DNA of 64,000 bases from Eledone cirrhosa. Taxonomy: Eukaryota. Location of the stretch: NCBI GenBank assembly GCA_964016885.1, contig OZ024741.1, forward strand, positions 102,610,001 through 102,674,000. The letters run 5' to 3'. The notes beneath the pieces were generated by a model, which did not search any database, was not told where the DNA came from, and saw only the letters and a program-made list of their open reading frames with translations. The stretch's first letter is position 1. Every line of letters starts with the position of its first letter. Made by a program: the position numbers and the translations under genes. Positions 1 through 13,697 of this stretch are shown here, one piece after another.

Positions 1-1093
1 AAATAAATGTGTCTTGTTTTTGTGTTGATTACTCCGTCCTGTTTAACCTCTTCCTCCCCACTCTCTAACTCATGCTCCCTATCCCTCTTCTCTTTATTCT
101 ATACAATTGCTCTCTATCTTGATTGTTTCTCTATAAACAGATGATGTTTAATGATTCTTTGCTTTCAATAACGGAATTGTTTGATTAAACAGATCCTGTT
201 TTGTTTTAATTAATATCAACTATTAGCTGAAATTTCAACATGTTTTCTTCATATTTTCTTCCATCTTCGTTATTGATGCTCCCATCAGGTTCTTCATTTG
301 ATACTGGCATTGCCTTTGTTTCTGTTGTTTTTGCTGCTATTGCTGTTGTTCTAAATAATGATAAATAATAATTAATAATATCATGATGATTGTGATCATG
401 TTGCCATCTGCTGCTGATGTTGTTGTTATTGCTGCTATCGTTGTTATTATTGTTGCTATTGTTCTCGTTGGTGTTGTTTTTACTGGCGTTTTTGTTGTTC
501 AGTATTATTCTTTTTCTAAATAATGATGTTAATGATCATATTGTGGTTGCTCTTGGTCTTGGACTTGTTGCCATAGCGAACATTTTTGTTGGCATTCAAT
601 GTAATTCTTATTGTGTTTGCCTCCATTCTATGTTATCCATTTGATATGGTAGCTTCTATCTCAAAATTTATTCTCCTATTTTTGTTTTTACATCTTTAAT
701 TTCTATTCATTGTTGTTGTGATTATTATTATCATTGGTTTCTGGCAAGAACTGGGAAAAGACACTTGCGTTGAGTAGAATGTTAATCTGGGGTTGTGTAA
801 TTAAGTGTTCACAATCACCTTACAAAGTAGTTCTTAATCTTGCTGTATTACTTTTTCTATATTGGCATTGCTGTTATTATGTATCACAACCCCTTTAATC
901 AGAATAATTCTTTCATTATTCTAATATTTTACGTATCATGTTTCGTTTTGGTAATAGTATTTTGTTCTTCTATTGTCCCCAACACCTCGGGCCATTTGAA
1001 GAAGAAAAGAAATGATGACTAATATTCTTATTATTACTATTAATATTATTGTTATTGTTTTTATGCAAACTGTTGTATTTAACAGAACTTCAA

Positions 1094-1095
<2 letters not shown>

Positions 1096-1156
<61 letters not shown>

Positions 1157-1200
1157 AATATATATATATATATATACATTTATATATATATATACACATT

Positions 1201-1283
<83 letters not shown>

Positions 1284-1287
1284 ATAT
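1096..1287. repeat. (TA)n microsatellite
   Basis: Direct dinucleotide run; abuts the 3' end of the RTE LINE. Confidence 0.98.
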
Positions 1288-3357
1288 CTAAGGCGGGTAA
1301 AATTCCCGAGATCCATGGATGAGTTCTCTCCAGCGGTCTCTGTCCCTCATTATCGCTGCCATATCCTGCATCTCCAACAGACCAGTGTCTGTCCTTAGGG
1401 CATCAACATATGTTAACCTTGGTCTTCCTCTTCTAGTGTGTCCATGTAGGGGCTCCCAAAGGAGCACTGAGTGCAATGTCAACTCTGGATGTCGGTGAGC
1501 ATGTCCAGCCAACCTCAGTCTCCTCTGTGTCACTTTTGAGCTGACTTTTGGGATGCTCCCATACAGCTCCGAGTTTTTCATCCTCAGTGTATACTGATTA
1601 ATGTTCAGAGCCATCCTCAGCATTCTCGTGTAGCACCCATCCACCATCTGAGTGAGTCTCTTGGTCAGTGTCCAAGTCTCAGACCCATACAGCAGCACAG
1701 ACTCCACTACAGCAATGAAGAGGCGGATTTTCAGGTCTCTACGAAGGTCCGACTTCCACACCGATCTCAAGCTGTGACACGCCGCCCAGGCATTGCTCTT
1801 CCTCTCAACCACATCATCTTCCGTATTCCCAATCTTTGCTCCCAAATACAGGAAGTCCTCAACCAATTCCAGCGGCTTCCCGCCTACATTAGTGATCCCC
1901 TCTGGCTTCTCAACATTCTCTACCAGATATTTTGTTTTAGTCTCATTCATTCTCAGCCCCACACTCATCGACACAGTCTCAACCTCCCGCATCAAATCCT
2001 CTGCCTCCTTCACTGTATTTGTCACCAAAACTATGTCGTCGGCAAATTCAGCATCCGATACCTTTTTCGCCCCAACTCTCCTGCTCTGAGCCGGTGCTAC
2101 AGTAAAGCCAGAATCCTGGTGTTTCTCCAGTGCAAGGCGCATACAATAGTCCACTACGATGATAAAAAGGTAGGGAGCCAATGTATCTCCCTGGAGCTCT
2201 CCAGCCAGTATCTCAAAGAACTCTGTCATCCCATCAGGTGTAATGACTTGGGCTTTGGTGTTGGTGTAGAGCAGTGATATCAGGTCCACTATCCTCTTGG
2301 GGATTCCATAAGCCTGTAAGATCTTCATCAGGCAGTAACGGTCCACAGAATCAAAGGCCTTCCTAAAGTCAATTAAAACCATGACCGCAGGAAGGCACTT
2401 TGCTCTAGCTCCCTCTAATATCCTCCTCAGCATCAGGATGTGACTGGTGGTTGATCTACCCTCTCTGAAGCCGTTCTAGTTGTCCCTGAGCTTCTTCTCC
2501 ATCTCAGGCTGGATCCTGTTAAGAATCATCCTGTTGAGGGTCTTTGCCACAAGTGACGTCAGTGAGATCCCCCGGTAGTTGTTGGTGTTAGAGAGATCTC
2601 CCTTCTTTGGCACTAAGACGATGTTACTGATCCTCCACTGATTCGGGGCAACTCCTTTCTCCAGTGCCCCGTTACAGAACCCCAGGATGATATAATCAAA
2701 ATCACACCTCTTCATCACCTCTGATGCCACTTCATCTTCTCCATGAGCCTTGCCCTCCTTGATCTTCTTCTTGGCTCTCTGAAGCTCCTCTCTGGTGAAG
2801 GGCTCTGTCTCAACATCCAGTTCCTCAAACAGCCGCCTGATCTCCCCAGTGCTCTGGGCTGTGGAGGGTGGCTCTCCTAGTAGGGTCCTAAAATGGTCTA
2901 GCCATTTCCTCTTCCTATCCTCGGGCCCCGTTCCCTGGATCTGACTCGAACACATTTTCTTCCTCCCTGTGATCTCGTTGATGATCATCCAGCTCTCCTT
3001 ACATCCAGATCTGTCAACCGCTCTCTCCACACTTCTGATCTTCTCTATCAGTGCCTCCTCTCTGACCTCAGTGTAAGCGGTACAGAGCTCTTCCCTCATC
3101 ACCTCCACAGTCTCCATCCTCTCCTCCGTAGGATCAGCATAGAATTGGTCCCTGGCAGCTTTCAGGTGTTCTCTGGCTGCACACACTTTTGGGTTTGCAG
3201 AGCTGACGTGCTTCCCTGTGTTCTTTTTCCTCGGCACCAGGGTTTCACTTGCTTTCGCCACTGCATTGGTGAAGTGCCCGTACCTCCTCGTCACACTCTC
3301 CTCAGTCCATCCAATCTCTCTCTCCTCTGACTCTCCACACAGAGCACTAAACCTGTT
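1288..3357 (-). mobile_element. 5'-truncated RTE-clade LINE (reverse transcriptase), pseudogenised
   Basis: ORFs 2476..3294 and 1288..2433 are collinear: VPKKGDLS..NYRGISL, DN*NGFR (premature TAG at 2476), LIDFRKAFDSV, QGDTLAPYLF, EFADD, FLYLG, LLYGSETWTL, RLRLAGH, RGRP. The stop codon runs straight into the TA tract; TA flanks both sides. Confidence 0.92.
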
Positions 3358-4075
<718 letters not shown>

Positions 4076-4189
4076 ATCCAAAATTAAGATAAATTAAATG
4101 AATTTAATCTTAATCGAAATAGTGGGTGTCATGCCATAACGGCGTGCCATATCGCCCGGAAATAAGCTCAAAGATAGGTCCGAGCATTT

Positions 4190-4643
4190 TATAATAACTA
4201 GAAATTGATTAACATATATAAACATGAATAATCACAGGAGATAATTTTTACAAGCGTGTAACCACGCATAGCTACTTGGGTAACAAATAAATAGATACCT
4301 TTTAATATGATTAATCTTCCCTGTATATATTCCATTAAAGAAATATATTTCACCAATTAATCAGATGGATTAATCAGATGGATTTGAACTCGCTGTGTAA
4401 GCATGGATTGCTGGACATTATTCTTCCTTGTTGATAATCCAATAATATCCACTTTCCGTGACTTACCATCTGATTAATTGGTGAAATATATTTCTTTAAT
4501 GGAATATATACAGGGAAGATTAATTATATTAAAAGGTATCTATTTATTTGTTACCCAACTAGCTATGCGTGGTTACACGCTTGTAAAAATTATCTCCTGT
4601 GATTATTCATGTTTATATATGTTAATCAATTTCTAGTTATTAT
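4190..4643. repeat. Fold-back inverted repeat (~180-bp arms) with degenerate HHR-like motif
   Basis: 4190-4368 is the near-perfect reverse complement of 4466-4643. TTGATAA (4431)-ccaat..attgg-GAAA (4483)-tatatttc resembles a U3:A8 HHR with a poor stem I. Confidence 0.8.
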
Positions 4644-4910
4644 ATGTATATATATGTATGTATATATATATATACATATATGTGTATATATATATATATA
4701 TATAAATAAATATATATATATATATATATACATATATGTGTATATATATATATATATATAAATAAATATATATACATATATAAATACATATATGTATATA
4801 TATATATATACATATATGTATATTTATATATATATACATATATGTATATTTATATATATATATATATATATATAAGTATATATATAAGTATATATATAAG
4901 TATATATTTA

Positions 4911-4952
<42 letters not shown>

Positions 4953-4963
4953 TATATATATAT

Positions 4964-5025
<62 letters not shown>

Positions 5026-5060
5026 ATATATATATGTATATATATATATTTATATGTATA

Positions 5061-5360
5061 AGGGATAACAAGTTACCGTTATAGGTAATCCAGTTAGAGG
5101 TTGTGAATACTCCGTATTGTGGATAGTTTTAGCGTACGGCGTTTGATTCAACAATAGGTTTCCTTAGATAGCGATTTTACGAGTTCTCAGAGTGTAAGTT
5201 AATCTTGGAGTAATAATAGTGAAATAGTGAAGAATAATATGGTCAACATTACAAGAAGGGCTTTATTTACAGTATTAACAATTGTTTCATTATTAAGTTG
5301 TCTTAAAATTGCTAATCACTTGAAGTTGTGTCACTCAATTTTTAGATTTTCTGTTGATCG
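5061..5360 (-). mobile_element. Diverged copy of the HHR-bearing family at 7094-7430
   Basis: ggatagttttagcgtacggcgtttg and aacaattgtttca are reverse complements of motifs at 7180-7430. Confidence 0.7.
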
Positions 5361-5364
5361 TATT

Positions 5365-5775
5365 TAAAATGTTTTTTAATTAAACATACAGCATACTACC
5401 AAAAATACTATACATACATTCATGTATACATCGCTATTTCAGAACACCAATCCTAATTTTTAATTTTTGCTGGACCGGCAATCGCTCTGTATAACCTGTT
5501 CCTGATTATTACTGGAATTCTATAAGGATCTAGCCTCTATAATTTTCGGCAGAGGTCGGCGAGTACGTTGTTTTGAGGAACACGAACAGTGTGAAAGAGA
5601 ATCTGCCAGCTTCTCTCCCTTCCTTTGCTGAAAAAAGAAGTAAGTGACATAGTCCCTACTTTAAAATAATAGCGCAATGTCTTTAAAATGTTTTTAATTA
5701 AACATACAGTATATTACCAAATATACTTAACATACATTAATGCATACATCGTTATTTCAGAGCACCAATCCTAAT
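5365..5775. repeat. Short dispersed repeat with terminal direct repeat; another copy at 48790-48975
   Basis: taaaatgttttt..aaacatacag..catacatcg(c/t)tatttcaga..accaatcctaat occurs at 5365-5457, 5683-5775 and 48883-48975. Confidence 0.7.
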
Positions 5776-5816
5776 ATATTTATATGTATATATATATGTA
5801 TACATATATGTATACA

Positions 5817-5859
<43 letters not shown>

Positions 5860-6382
5860 ACATATATGTGTATATATATATATACATATATATACGTATA
5901 TATATATATATATATATGTATGAATGAAAATAGACCAAGAAACGAGACTGTCCATCATCAGTAGTCTGCTGATTATCATTGGTATTTCTTCGCATTAAAG
6001 ACTAGATGCCTCAAAAAGAGTGCGAGCGATTAACTAAAATAAATATCGGGACAGAGCGAATTGGAAGGCGAAAGTAAACAAACGACATGGTAGTAATGCA
6101 ACGTAAATAGAGACAAGTCAATGAATCTTGTGGACTTAACTCCGAACAAATCAATCGACTAGAAGAAGCAGATACGGCTGTGCCACGAGAAAAGTGAGAG
6201 AGAAAAGGATTTCACACAGGTCAGACGGGAGGAAGTGAGAGAGGGGGTGTAGCAGAGAGTGAGTGAGTGAAAGTGTGAGGAAGAGGCCAGCTGAGAGAGT
6301 GTGTGACCAATGGTGGGGTGAAAGAAATCAAAAGGTGCAAGGAACGAGAAGGGGGAGAGAGAAAGGGGATAGAAGTAAGGTG

Positions 6383-6472
6383 ATAGAAAACATGCGAACT
6401 ACAGCGAGGGGAAAAATTATATGTGAATGAAAAAATGGCGTGATGCGTTGTTGCGAGTGTGATACATATGAA

Positions 6473-6514
<42 letters not shown>

Positions 6515-6603
6515 TTCATATGTATCACACTCGCAACAACGCATCACGCCATTTTTTCATTCACATATAATTTTTCCCCTCGCTGTAGTTCGCATGTTTT
6601 CTA
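6383..6603. repeat. Perfect palindrome (~90-bp unique arms) centred on (TA)n
   Basis: tagaaaacatgcgaactacagcg..gaatgaa(TA)n ttcattc..cgctgtagttcgcatgttttcta; the same peptide start appears on both strands in the ORF track. Confidence 0.95.
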
Positions 6604-6619
6604 TATATAATATTGAAAA

Positions 6620-7245
6620 AGTGGAGAATAACATGGTCAACAGTACAAACAAGGAAATTTATTTAGAGTCTAACAATCGTTTCAATGATAGAGTTGTCTA
6701 AAAATTGCTAAACACTGGAAGCAGTGCCACTCAATTTAAAATACATATTAACCCCATCATTTCGTCATTTTCCTTCTTCATCTTTCTATGTCTCTTTCTC
6801 TTTTCCCTTCTTCGTCTTTCTTTTTCATCTCTATTTTTACTACATCTATCCCCCTTCTTTTCTTTCTATCTTTATCTTTATTATTAATATTATTTTGATG
6901 TGATAATTTGAATTCATAAATTTGCCGGTTACGCATATATTCGTATTTTCTCTTTCGTCTTTCTTCTTTCTTCCTTTCCATTTGTCCCCCTTCCTTTGTT
7001 TATCTCTATATCTTTATTATTAATATTATTATTGATGTGGTAATTTGAATTTGTAAATTTGCCGGTTACGCATATATTTTTATATTTTCTCTCAGTCTCT
7101 GACGAAATGATGGGTTAACATGTGTTTTAAATTGAGTGACACTGCTTCCAGTGTTTACCAATTTTTAAACAACTCTATCATTGAAACAATTGTTAGACTA
7201 AATAAATGTTCTTGTTTGTACTGTTGACCATGTTATTCTTCAATT
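6620..7245. repeat. Inverted repeat (~150-bp arms) containing an HHR and its antisense copy
   Basis: 6620-6767 mirrors 7099-7245; the spacer holds a tandem duplication (~6865-6955 / 7000-7093). Confidence 0.85.
7094..7199 (+). ncRNA. Type I hammerhead ribozyme with long stem II
   Basis: Stem I agtct/agact; core CTGACGA; stem II aatgatgggtt..aactctatcatt; GAAA; palindromic stem III caattg; GUU cleavage triplet. Confidence 0.8.
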
Positions 7246-7454
7246 TTATTACACCTTTTCAATACTTACATAGCAATACAAGTGAAGTCATACACTCGTC
7301 ATCTACGTAAACCTCTTGTTGAGTCATACAACGCCGTACGCTAAAACTATCCATGATAAGAAGTATTCACAACCTCTAATCGGATAACCTATAACGATAT
7401 CGGATTACCTATAACGATATGTTGTTATCCTATATATATATATATCTCAAAATT

Positions 7455-7491
7455 ATTTTTGAAAAGCATTAGAAATGCGCAACCGGTAAAG
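7455..7491 (+). ncRNA. Variant HHR-like motif (UUGAAAA core, GCAA)
   Basis: ttt TTGAAAA gcat-tagaa-atgc GCAA ccgg TA aag; the same core recurs at 39995-40030. Confidence 0.5.
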
Positions 7492-7599
7492 CTTAAAACC
7501 CAAACTTAATACTAACCAATACTATTACTAATTATCACTTATTCCTAATTAAACTATTTTTCACTGTGAACAATTTGTCAGCATTTTCTATTCCGTTTA

Positions 7600-7662
<63 letters not shown>

Positions 7663-7830
7663 TGAGTGGTTAGAGAATTGGATTCACAATTGTAAGGTAG
7701 TGAATTCGATTCGCGGCAAGAAAATTCAGTTGACGTTGTCCTACGTGGTGTTGCGACCGAGAGATATTATTAGTAATTGGAAAGACCTATGGACATATTG
7801 TTTCCTCGGTCCGATTTGACGAAATATTTA

Positions 7831-7882
7831 TTTTGTCTGAAGAAGGCATGCTATAATCTAGCATCCCTGAAATATATAAAAT
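7831..7882 (+). ncRNA. Minimal type I HHR
   Basis: CTGAAGA aggcatgcta-taatc-tagcatccct GAAA tatata; stem I is weak. Confidence 0.65.
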
Positions 7883-7932
7883 AAAATACATAATGACGCT
7901 ATATTGTTATATATTCCGTTTCGTACTATTAT

Positions 7933-7971
<39 letters not shown>

Positions 7972-8136
7972 AAAGTTATATTTAAATTGTTGGGTTACAA
8001 CTAGTAAATATTTATAACTGATATAAAAGCACTCGACAAGTATTTGGAGTATATTTACAATTCAACTTTTTCAAATACAAGTCGATGTTGTTACGGTATG
8101 TCAAATCTATTTATCTATAGAACTGTTTATATTGTA

Positions 8137-8195
8137 TTTTGTCTGAGGAAGGCATAGCATATTGTTAATATGATATCCCTGAAATATATATAATG
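8137..8195 (+). ncRNA. Minimal type I HHR (same family as 7831)
   Basis: CTGAGGA aggcatagcatatt..aatatgatatccct GAAA tatata. Confidence 0.6.
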
Positions 8196-8237
8196 AAATA
8201 GATATGGTTTTATAAATATAGTTTCCATTTATTTAAT

Positions 8238-8275
<38 letters not shown>

Positions 8276-8277
<2 letters not shown>

Positions 8278-8328
8278 AAAATGTATGACCCCGACGGCAG
8301 AGCTCAAGCCGTTTCGACGACTATTTCT
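8276..8328 (-). mobile_element. Half-HHR fragment of the family at 58312/59049
   Basis: gaccccgacggcagagctcaagccgtttcgacgactatttct matches 58311-58352. Confidence 0.75.
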
Positions 8329-8335
8329 CTCTCTC

Positions 8336-8412
<77 letters not shown>

Positions 8413-8639
8413 GTAGATAAATCTACCAAGAGTTTACGGTAGTGTCCAATCCGTATGAAGAACTCAATGTAATCCGGATATCATGGAAAGAAGAGATGCA
8501 ATGAAAAATCACTTTCGGTGAAAGATAAACGGAATACAGAGTCAAGATAAAATATAAAAAAAAATAATGAATAAAACAATGAAACAGTTCCTTATATTAA
8601 ACAAATATATATATATATATATATATATAGTGGAGGGTT

Positions 8640-9417
8640 AGTAAAATTGAAACTTTGGCTGTGGCCAAGCAAAACGACCTACAATTAGGAGTTAGCATCA
8701 AAGCACTCAATAAGGTAGGGCTTTAGAGTAGTAACATACGTTTAGACACCTTGACAAATTGAAAATTGCGGCAGGCAGACTTTGCCACACAATATCAAAA
8801 GCAACGAAAAAACTCATCAGGTTAGACAACTGACCTGGATATATCGAACGATATTTTGCAATACGTTCGATAGGTTTCTATGAAGACGAAATCATCCATC
8901 CAGCTTACGTAATATGTAAGCCTGTGGTATTCCATGATCGAAAAGAGGATTCACGCCATCAACAGGAAATTTCGTTCTATGCCTCAAGCCGGTGTGGACT
9001 GAAACACTGAACTGCTAACGTTTGTAGCCCCCAGTGTTTCACTGCCACGTGTTATTTCCAACAAGGGAAGTAACCGCCGGTTTTTGGCGGGTAAATTCAA
9101 ACTGTGAACAAAGGAATTCAATTCCGTTCCACATTCCCAATGAAAAGCTCTCGACTAGACGTTATTAAATAAACATAAATAATTAACCAATCAATGGAAT
9201 TGTCTAATTAAATTAATTAGTTAATCATTAAGTCTAGGAGATAATAATACAAGTAGAAGCTTATTAAAATCGAAGCTTTAGCTATGGCCACGCAAAACAA
9301 CCTACAATTAGGAATGAGCAGCAAAGCACTCAATAAGGTAGGTATTTAGAGTATTAACATACGTTTAGACAGCTTGACAAATTGAAAATTGCGGCAGGCA
9401 GAACTAGCCACACAGAC

Positions 9418-9420
<3 letters not shown>
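8640..9420. repeat. Direct repeat pair (~150 bp at 8640-8792 and 9265-9420)
   Basis: cctacaattagga..aaagcactcaataaggtagg..aacatacgtttagaca..ttgacaaattgaaaattgcggcaggcaga occurs twice. Confidence 0.75.
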
Positions 9421-9472
<52 letters not shown>

Positions 9473-9984
9473 CAAATGAAAATAAACGAGATGTCCTACA
9501 CGAGTGAAAGTATAAGGAAAAAACATGATATCGAAGATGCAAGTGTAGACTTTTTAAGAATATTTGTTTGGTTCCTTTACCGGTTTCGCAGTAAAGTAAC
9601 CAAATAAATATTCTTAAAAAGACTCCAGTTGCATCTTCGATTACATCTTTTTTCCTTATATATATTCATATTCATATATATATATATATATATATAATTA
9701 TAATTGAATATAAAAGAAAAACGAACACAGATATATACATATATGTGTTCAAATCGCAAGGGACCCGATTCGCTAAGGTGAAAAGAATACTAACTATAGA
9801 CAATAAGGTTTGCCTGTCTCAATTTAAAAATAAATCAAGAAAATAAATACAACCGGAATTGTGGTAACTACCAATCACCCAGACAGCTCTTGGTGCTGTT
9901 TCGCAATATTAATTGTGAATAGAAATGCCAGTTCTTTCTCATCAGTGGGTGAAGAATTAGTATCCTAGACACTTTTAAGTATAT

Positions 9985-10044
<60 letters not shown>

Positions 10045-10322
10045 TACACACACACACATATATATATATACATTTATACATATATATATATATATATCTG
10101 GTTGGTCTTAGAATGTTACTTGTTTTATATGGAAAAAAGTGGCTCGAAACGCCAGGTTTTTAGAGAAGTAATTTGATTCGTTGGTCAATAAGTATAATAA
10201 ATTTCGCGCCAGTTCGCGTTACAAAGTTCTTCAAATAGGGGGGGGGGGGGCTCAGGTTGTATTTTCATATAAGAGTGAAGTTTGTTGGTTGGTTGATGCA
10301 GTCACATGAATAAGCACATCAG

Positions 10323-10361
<39 letters not shown>

Positions 10362-10403
10362 AAAATAAATAAGTCAAATTTTTTAAATTTAGCTTCGTTT
10401 ATT

Positions 10404-10458
10404 ACTGCTATATATATTTCGGTGACAGCCATCTTTGGCTGTGACCTCTTCAGGCAGT
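10404..10458 (-). ncRNA. Type I HHR (Penelope-type minimal)
   Basis: Minus strand: actgc CTGAAGA ggtcacagcca-aaga-tggctgtcacc GAAA tatata TA gcagt. Confidence 0.85.
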
Positions 10459-10646
10459 CCGAATTAGTGTGGTATAGACAAGTACATATGTTGTTGAGGT
10501 GTATAATTTTGTCAATACTCTGATATGCCCAGTTCCTCGTTGGGTTGTTATTTCACTGAGGAACTGGAATCATATCTGGAATCATATCTGCCCACTTCGT
10601 CGCGTGCTCCAGCCTGCATACTGAGGTGTAGGTATACAACCAACAT

Positions 10647-10720
<74 letters not shown>

Positions 10721-11576
10721 CTTGGCAGCTTGTTGGTACGGACATACATTCCTGATCGTAGAGATTTTAAATTTTAAATCGACAGCCTATATCTATATAT
10801 AAGCCTATATATATATATATAAATATATATATATATAGGATTGAAATATATATATATATATATAGAGAGAGAGATTTGAAATTTTAAATCGACAAAAATC
10901 GGTAATATGTACTGTTGTAATTTTTCAGAATACAAGGAAAACTTATAAAAGAGATAAGTTTTTGTTCTTTGACGCGATTATTTTACGTATGTTAGCGTTT
11001 TAAATGTGATTATTTTTCCTATGTGATATTCTCCTAAAAACAACACACACACGTGCTTTCTTTCTTTGTCTACCATATAGAATATAGAAAGCTAGTACGT
11101 AATTTAATTTAATTTAAGTAAATTTTGTATTATTTTGTATTATAACATAATTTAATATAATTTTATTTTTATTTTTGACTCGGTGATCATGTGTTTGTTG
11201 TTGTTTTTGGTATATTGATATTACAATAACTACGGTTAACTATATACGGTTCCCGTTATTTATATTTGTAAACAAACGATACCTACATTTGAAATCAACT
11301 TATATACAACTTACATAAATCTTCGTGTTTCTATATTTTTAACTTATTTGGGTTTCATTCATTTAATTTATTTTAAATTTATCTTATTTTATTTTATATT
11401 AATTTATTCTGTCTCCTTTTATATTTCATGTTGATATCATTTGTCTTTCACTTTGTAATTGCTGGCCTTGTGCGTAAAGTAGAAACTATCATTTGTCTTT
11501 CACTTTGTTTTGGTGTTTTATTCGCGAAATATTCTTTGAACGATATCAATTACATATATTTATAGTTATCTTTGAC

Positions 11577-11578
<2 letters not shown>

Positions 11579-11651
<73 letters not shown>

Positions 11652-11677
11652 TCTCTCTCTCTCCCCCTCTCTCTCTC

Positions 11678-11760
<83 letters not shown>
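11579..11760. repeat. (CT)n microsatellite
   Basis: Direct; lies upstream of the LINE. Confidence 0.97.
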
Positions 11761-11761
<1 letters not shown>

Positions 11762-12229
11762 AATTGCACCTTGAATTTCTCACCGGACTTATCTATCTCC
11801 TCCTCTCTCTCTCCTCCACCTTTTCCCCTACTATCCCCACTATCTCTCTCGCTCCTCTCTTCTGTCTCTCTCCCCTTTCTTTTGTTTCTTTTTCTCTCTC
11901 TCTCTAGATTGAACAAGCTCTCTCTCTCTTTCCCTCTAAATCGCTCCTTAAATTTCTCACTGGACTTATATCTCTCTCTCTGTCCCTCTCTAACCTCAAA
12001 CCTACCCTTCCCGCTATCTCTCTTTCTCCGCTCCACAGCGAAATGGACTGCATACAGGGAAAAGGCGAAATTAGGAGTCAGCGAAACTGGTCAAAGATGG
12101 AACTAGCGGTTTTGATCAAGGGGTGGAGCCTGGCTGATGGGTCACCACCAAGCAAAAAGGTTGCGGAGACTCTGAAGAACCAGAAAAAGAAAAGAAATCG
12201 AGAAGGCCTATGTCCTCATAGCGCCACAT

Positions 12230-12769
12230 ATGGCGATGCTAAGCCGTGTCCTCAAGGAGGAGAAAACCGAAGAGAAAGGAGAAGAAAAAGAAAAGGAAGA
12301 AATCACAAGCTCGGACCTGAAAGAAAATGAGATACCCGCCGCCAGTGTCAGGGAGGGCAGGCCGGGCAATCAACAAGCAAATGGTAAAGGTGGGGAGCGA
12401 AATCACCTCCCGAAGGAGAACCAAGCGCAGAGGAACCAGTGGACAACTGTCCAAAGGAAGAACAGAAAGCACCGAGACACTGGGAGCAAGAAAACCCAAG
12501 TAAAGTGCAAGTTCTTCAGGAACGGGACCTGCTGGCATGGAGAGACAGGGTTGGGCTGCAGATTCGCCCACCCAAAGTCCCAAACGAACTATGTCCATCC
12601 AACTCGCGCAACATGCCCCAGCCAAAGCCAAAACAGGCCGCTCCAGAAGTATGCTGATATCGCGCGTGCCGCGCCAACAAGGAGAAGGCACGCATATGCT
12701 GACGAGATACAGATGGCAGCAGCAGAACAGAAACATTTTTTAGTGATGGCAGAGAAGATTGTGGGATAG
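12230..12769 (+). pseudogene. LINE ORF1 remnant with CCCH zinc finger
   Basis: CKFFRNGTCWHGETGLGCRFAHPK, immediately upstream of the endonuclease domain. Confidence 0.65.
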
Positions 12770-13697
12770 CTAATTTGGTTGTATCGTTTCCAGAGCCAGG
12801 GTCACCCACACCAGCCCTCGAGACCACCACAATTAAGGGACCTAGAGTGGCCACCGCTGACACCAGACCAGCTGTCATACCGACAGCCATTACTGGCACC
12901 CCAAAAGTCACACCAGTGCTGCTGCTGAATGTGAGAGACCTGGTGAAACTCAGTAACATGAGTAAAATGTCCTACCTGGGAGACTTAGCCATAAGCAATC
13001 AAGCATTATGTATGGCACTAAACGAAACGCACCTGACAAGCAGTATAGCAGATGCAAAAATACATATACCAAAATATACTGTATTTCGTTCGGACAGGAA
13101 GGAGAGAACTCTTGGTGGGGTTGCTCTGTATATCCAATTGTACTGTTGACACGTTCAAACTCAGTCTGTGACACACTGACAGTACATATGAAGCAACTAC
13201 AGACAGTAATATGTGTCACATATCGGCTACCCGATGCCCCCAGTCATGGGGGTAAATTTGAGGATAGCCTCAGTAGGATAGAAGAGGTCTTTGACAAACT
13301 GGACCAGGCTCTCAACATTCTACTGCTGGGAGACTTCAACCTGCCAAAGGTCAAATAGGCCTGAGGGCCACCTCCTCCCTGGAATGACGTCAATAGAACA
13401 GAGACAGACGGAAGCCCTGCTGGCCCTCACACACAGGCTGTTCATGGAACAAGCATTACTCCTCCCAACAAGAGGCGAAAATGTCCTGGACCTCTGTTTT
13501 ACAAACGACGAAGTGCTCATCCACAATGTAAAGGTGACACCAACAATTTTCTCGGATCATAACTTAGTAGAACTAATGATATGTGGTGCGAGAGAACCAA
13601 CTGAGACACAACCACCAAGAAGCACCGGGACGTTATCCTGCCTTAACTTCTACAAGGCTAACTGGAAAAAGATCAAGAGAGAAATCCGGAAGCAAAT

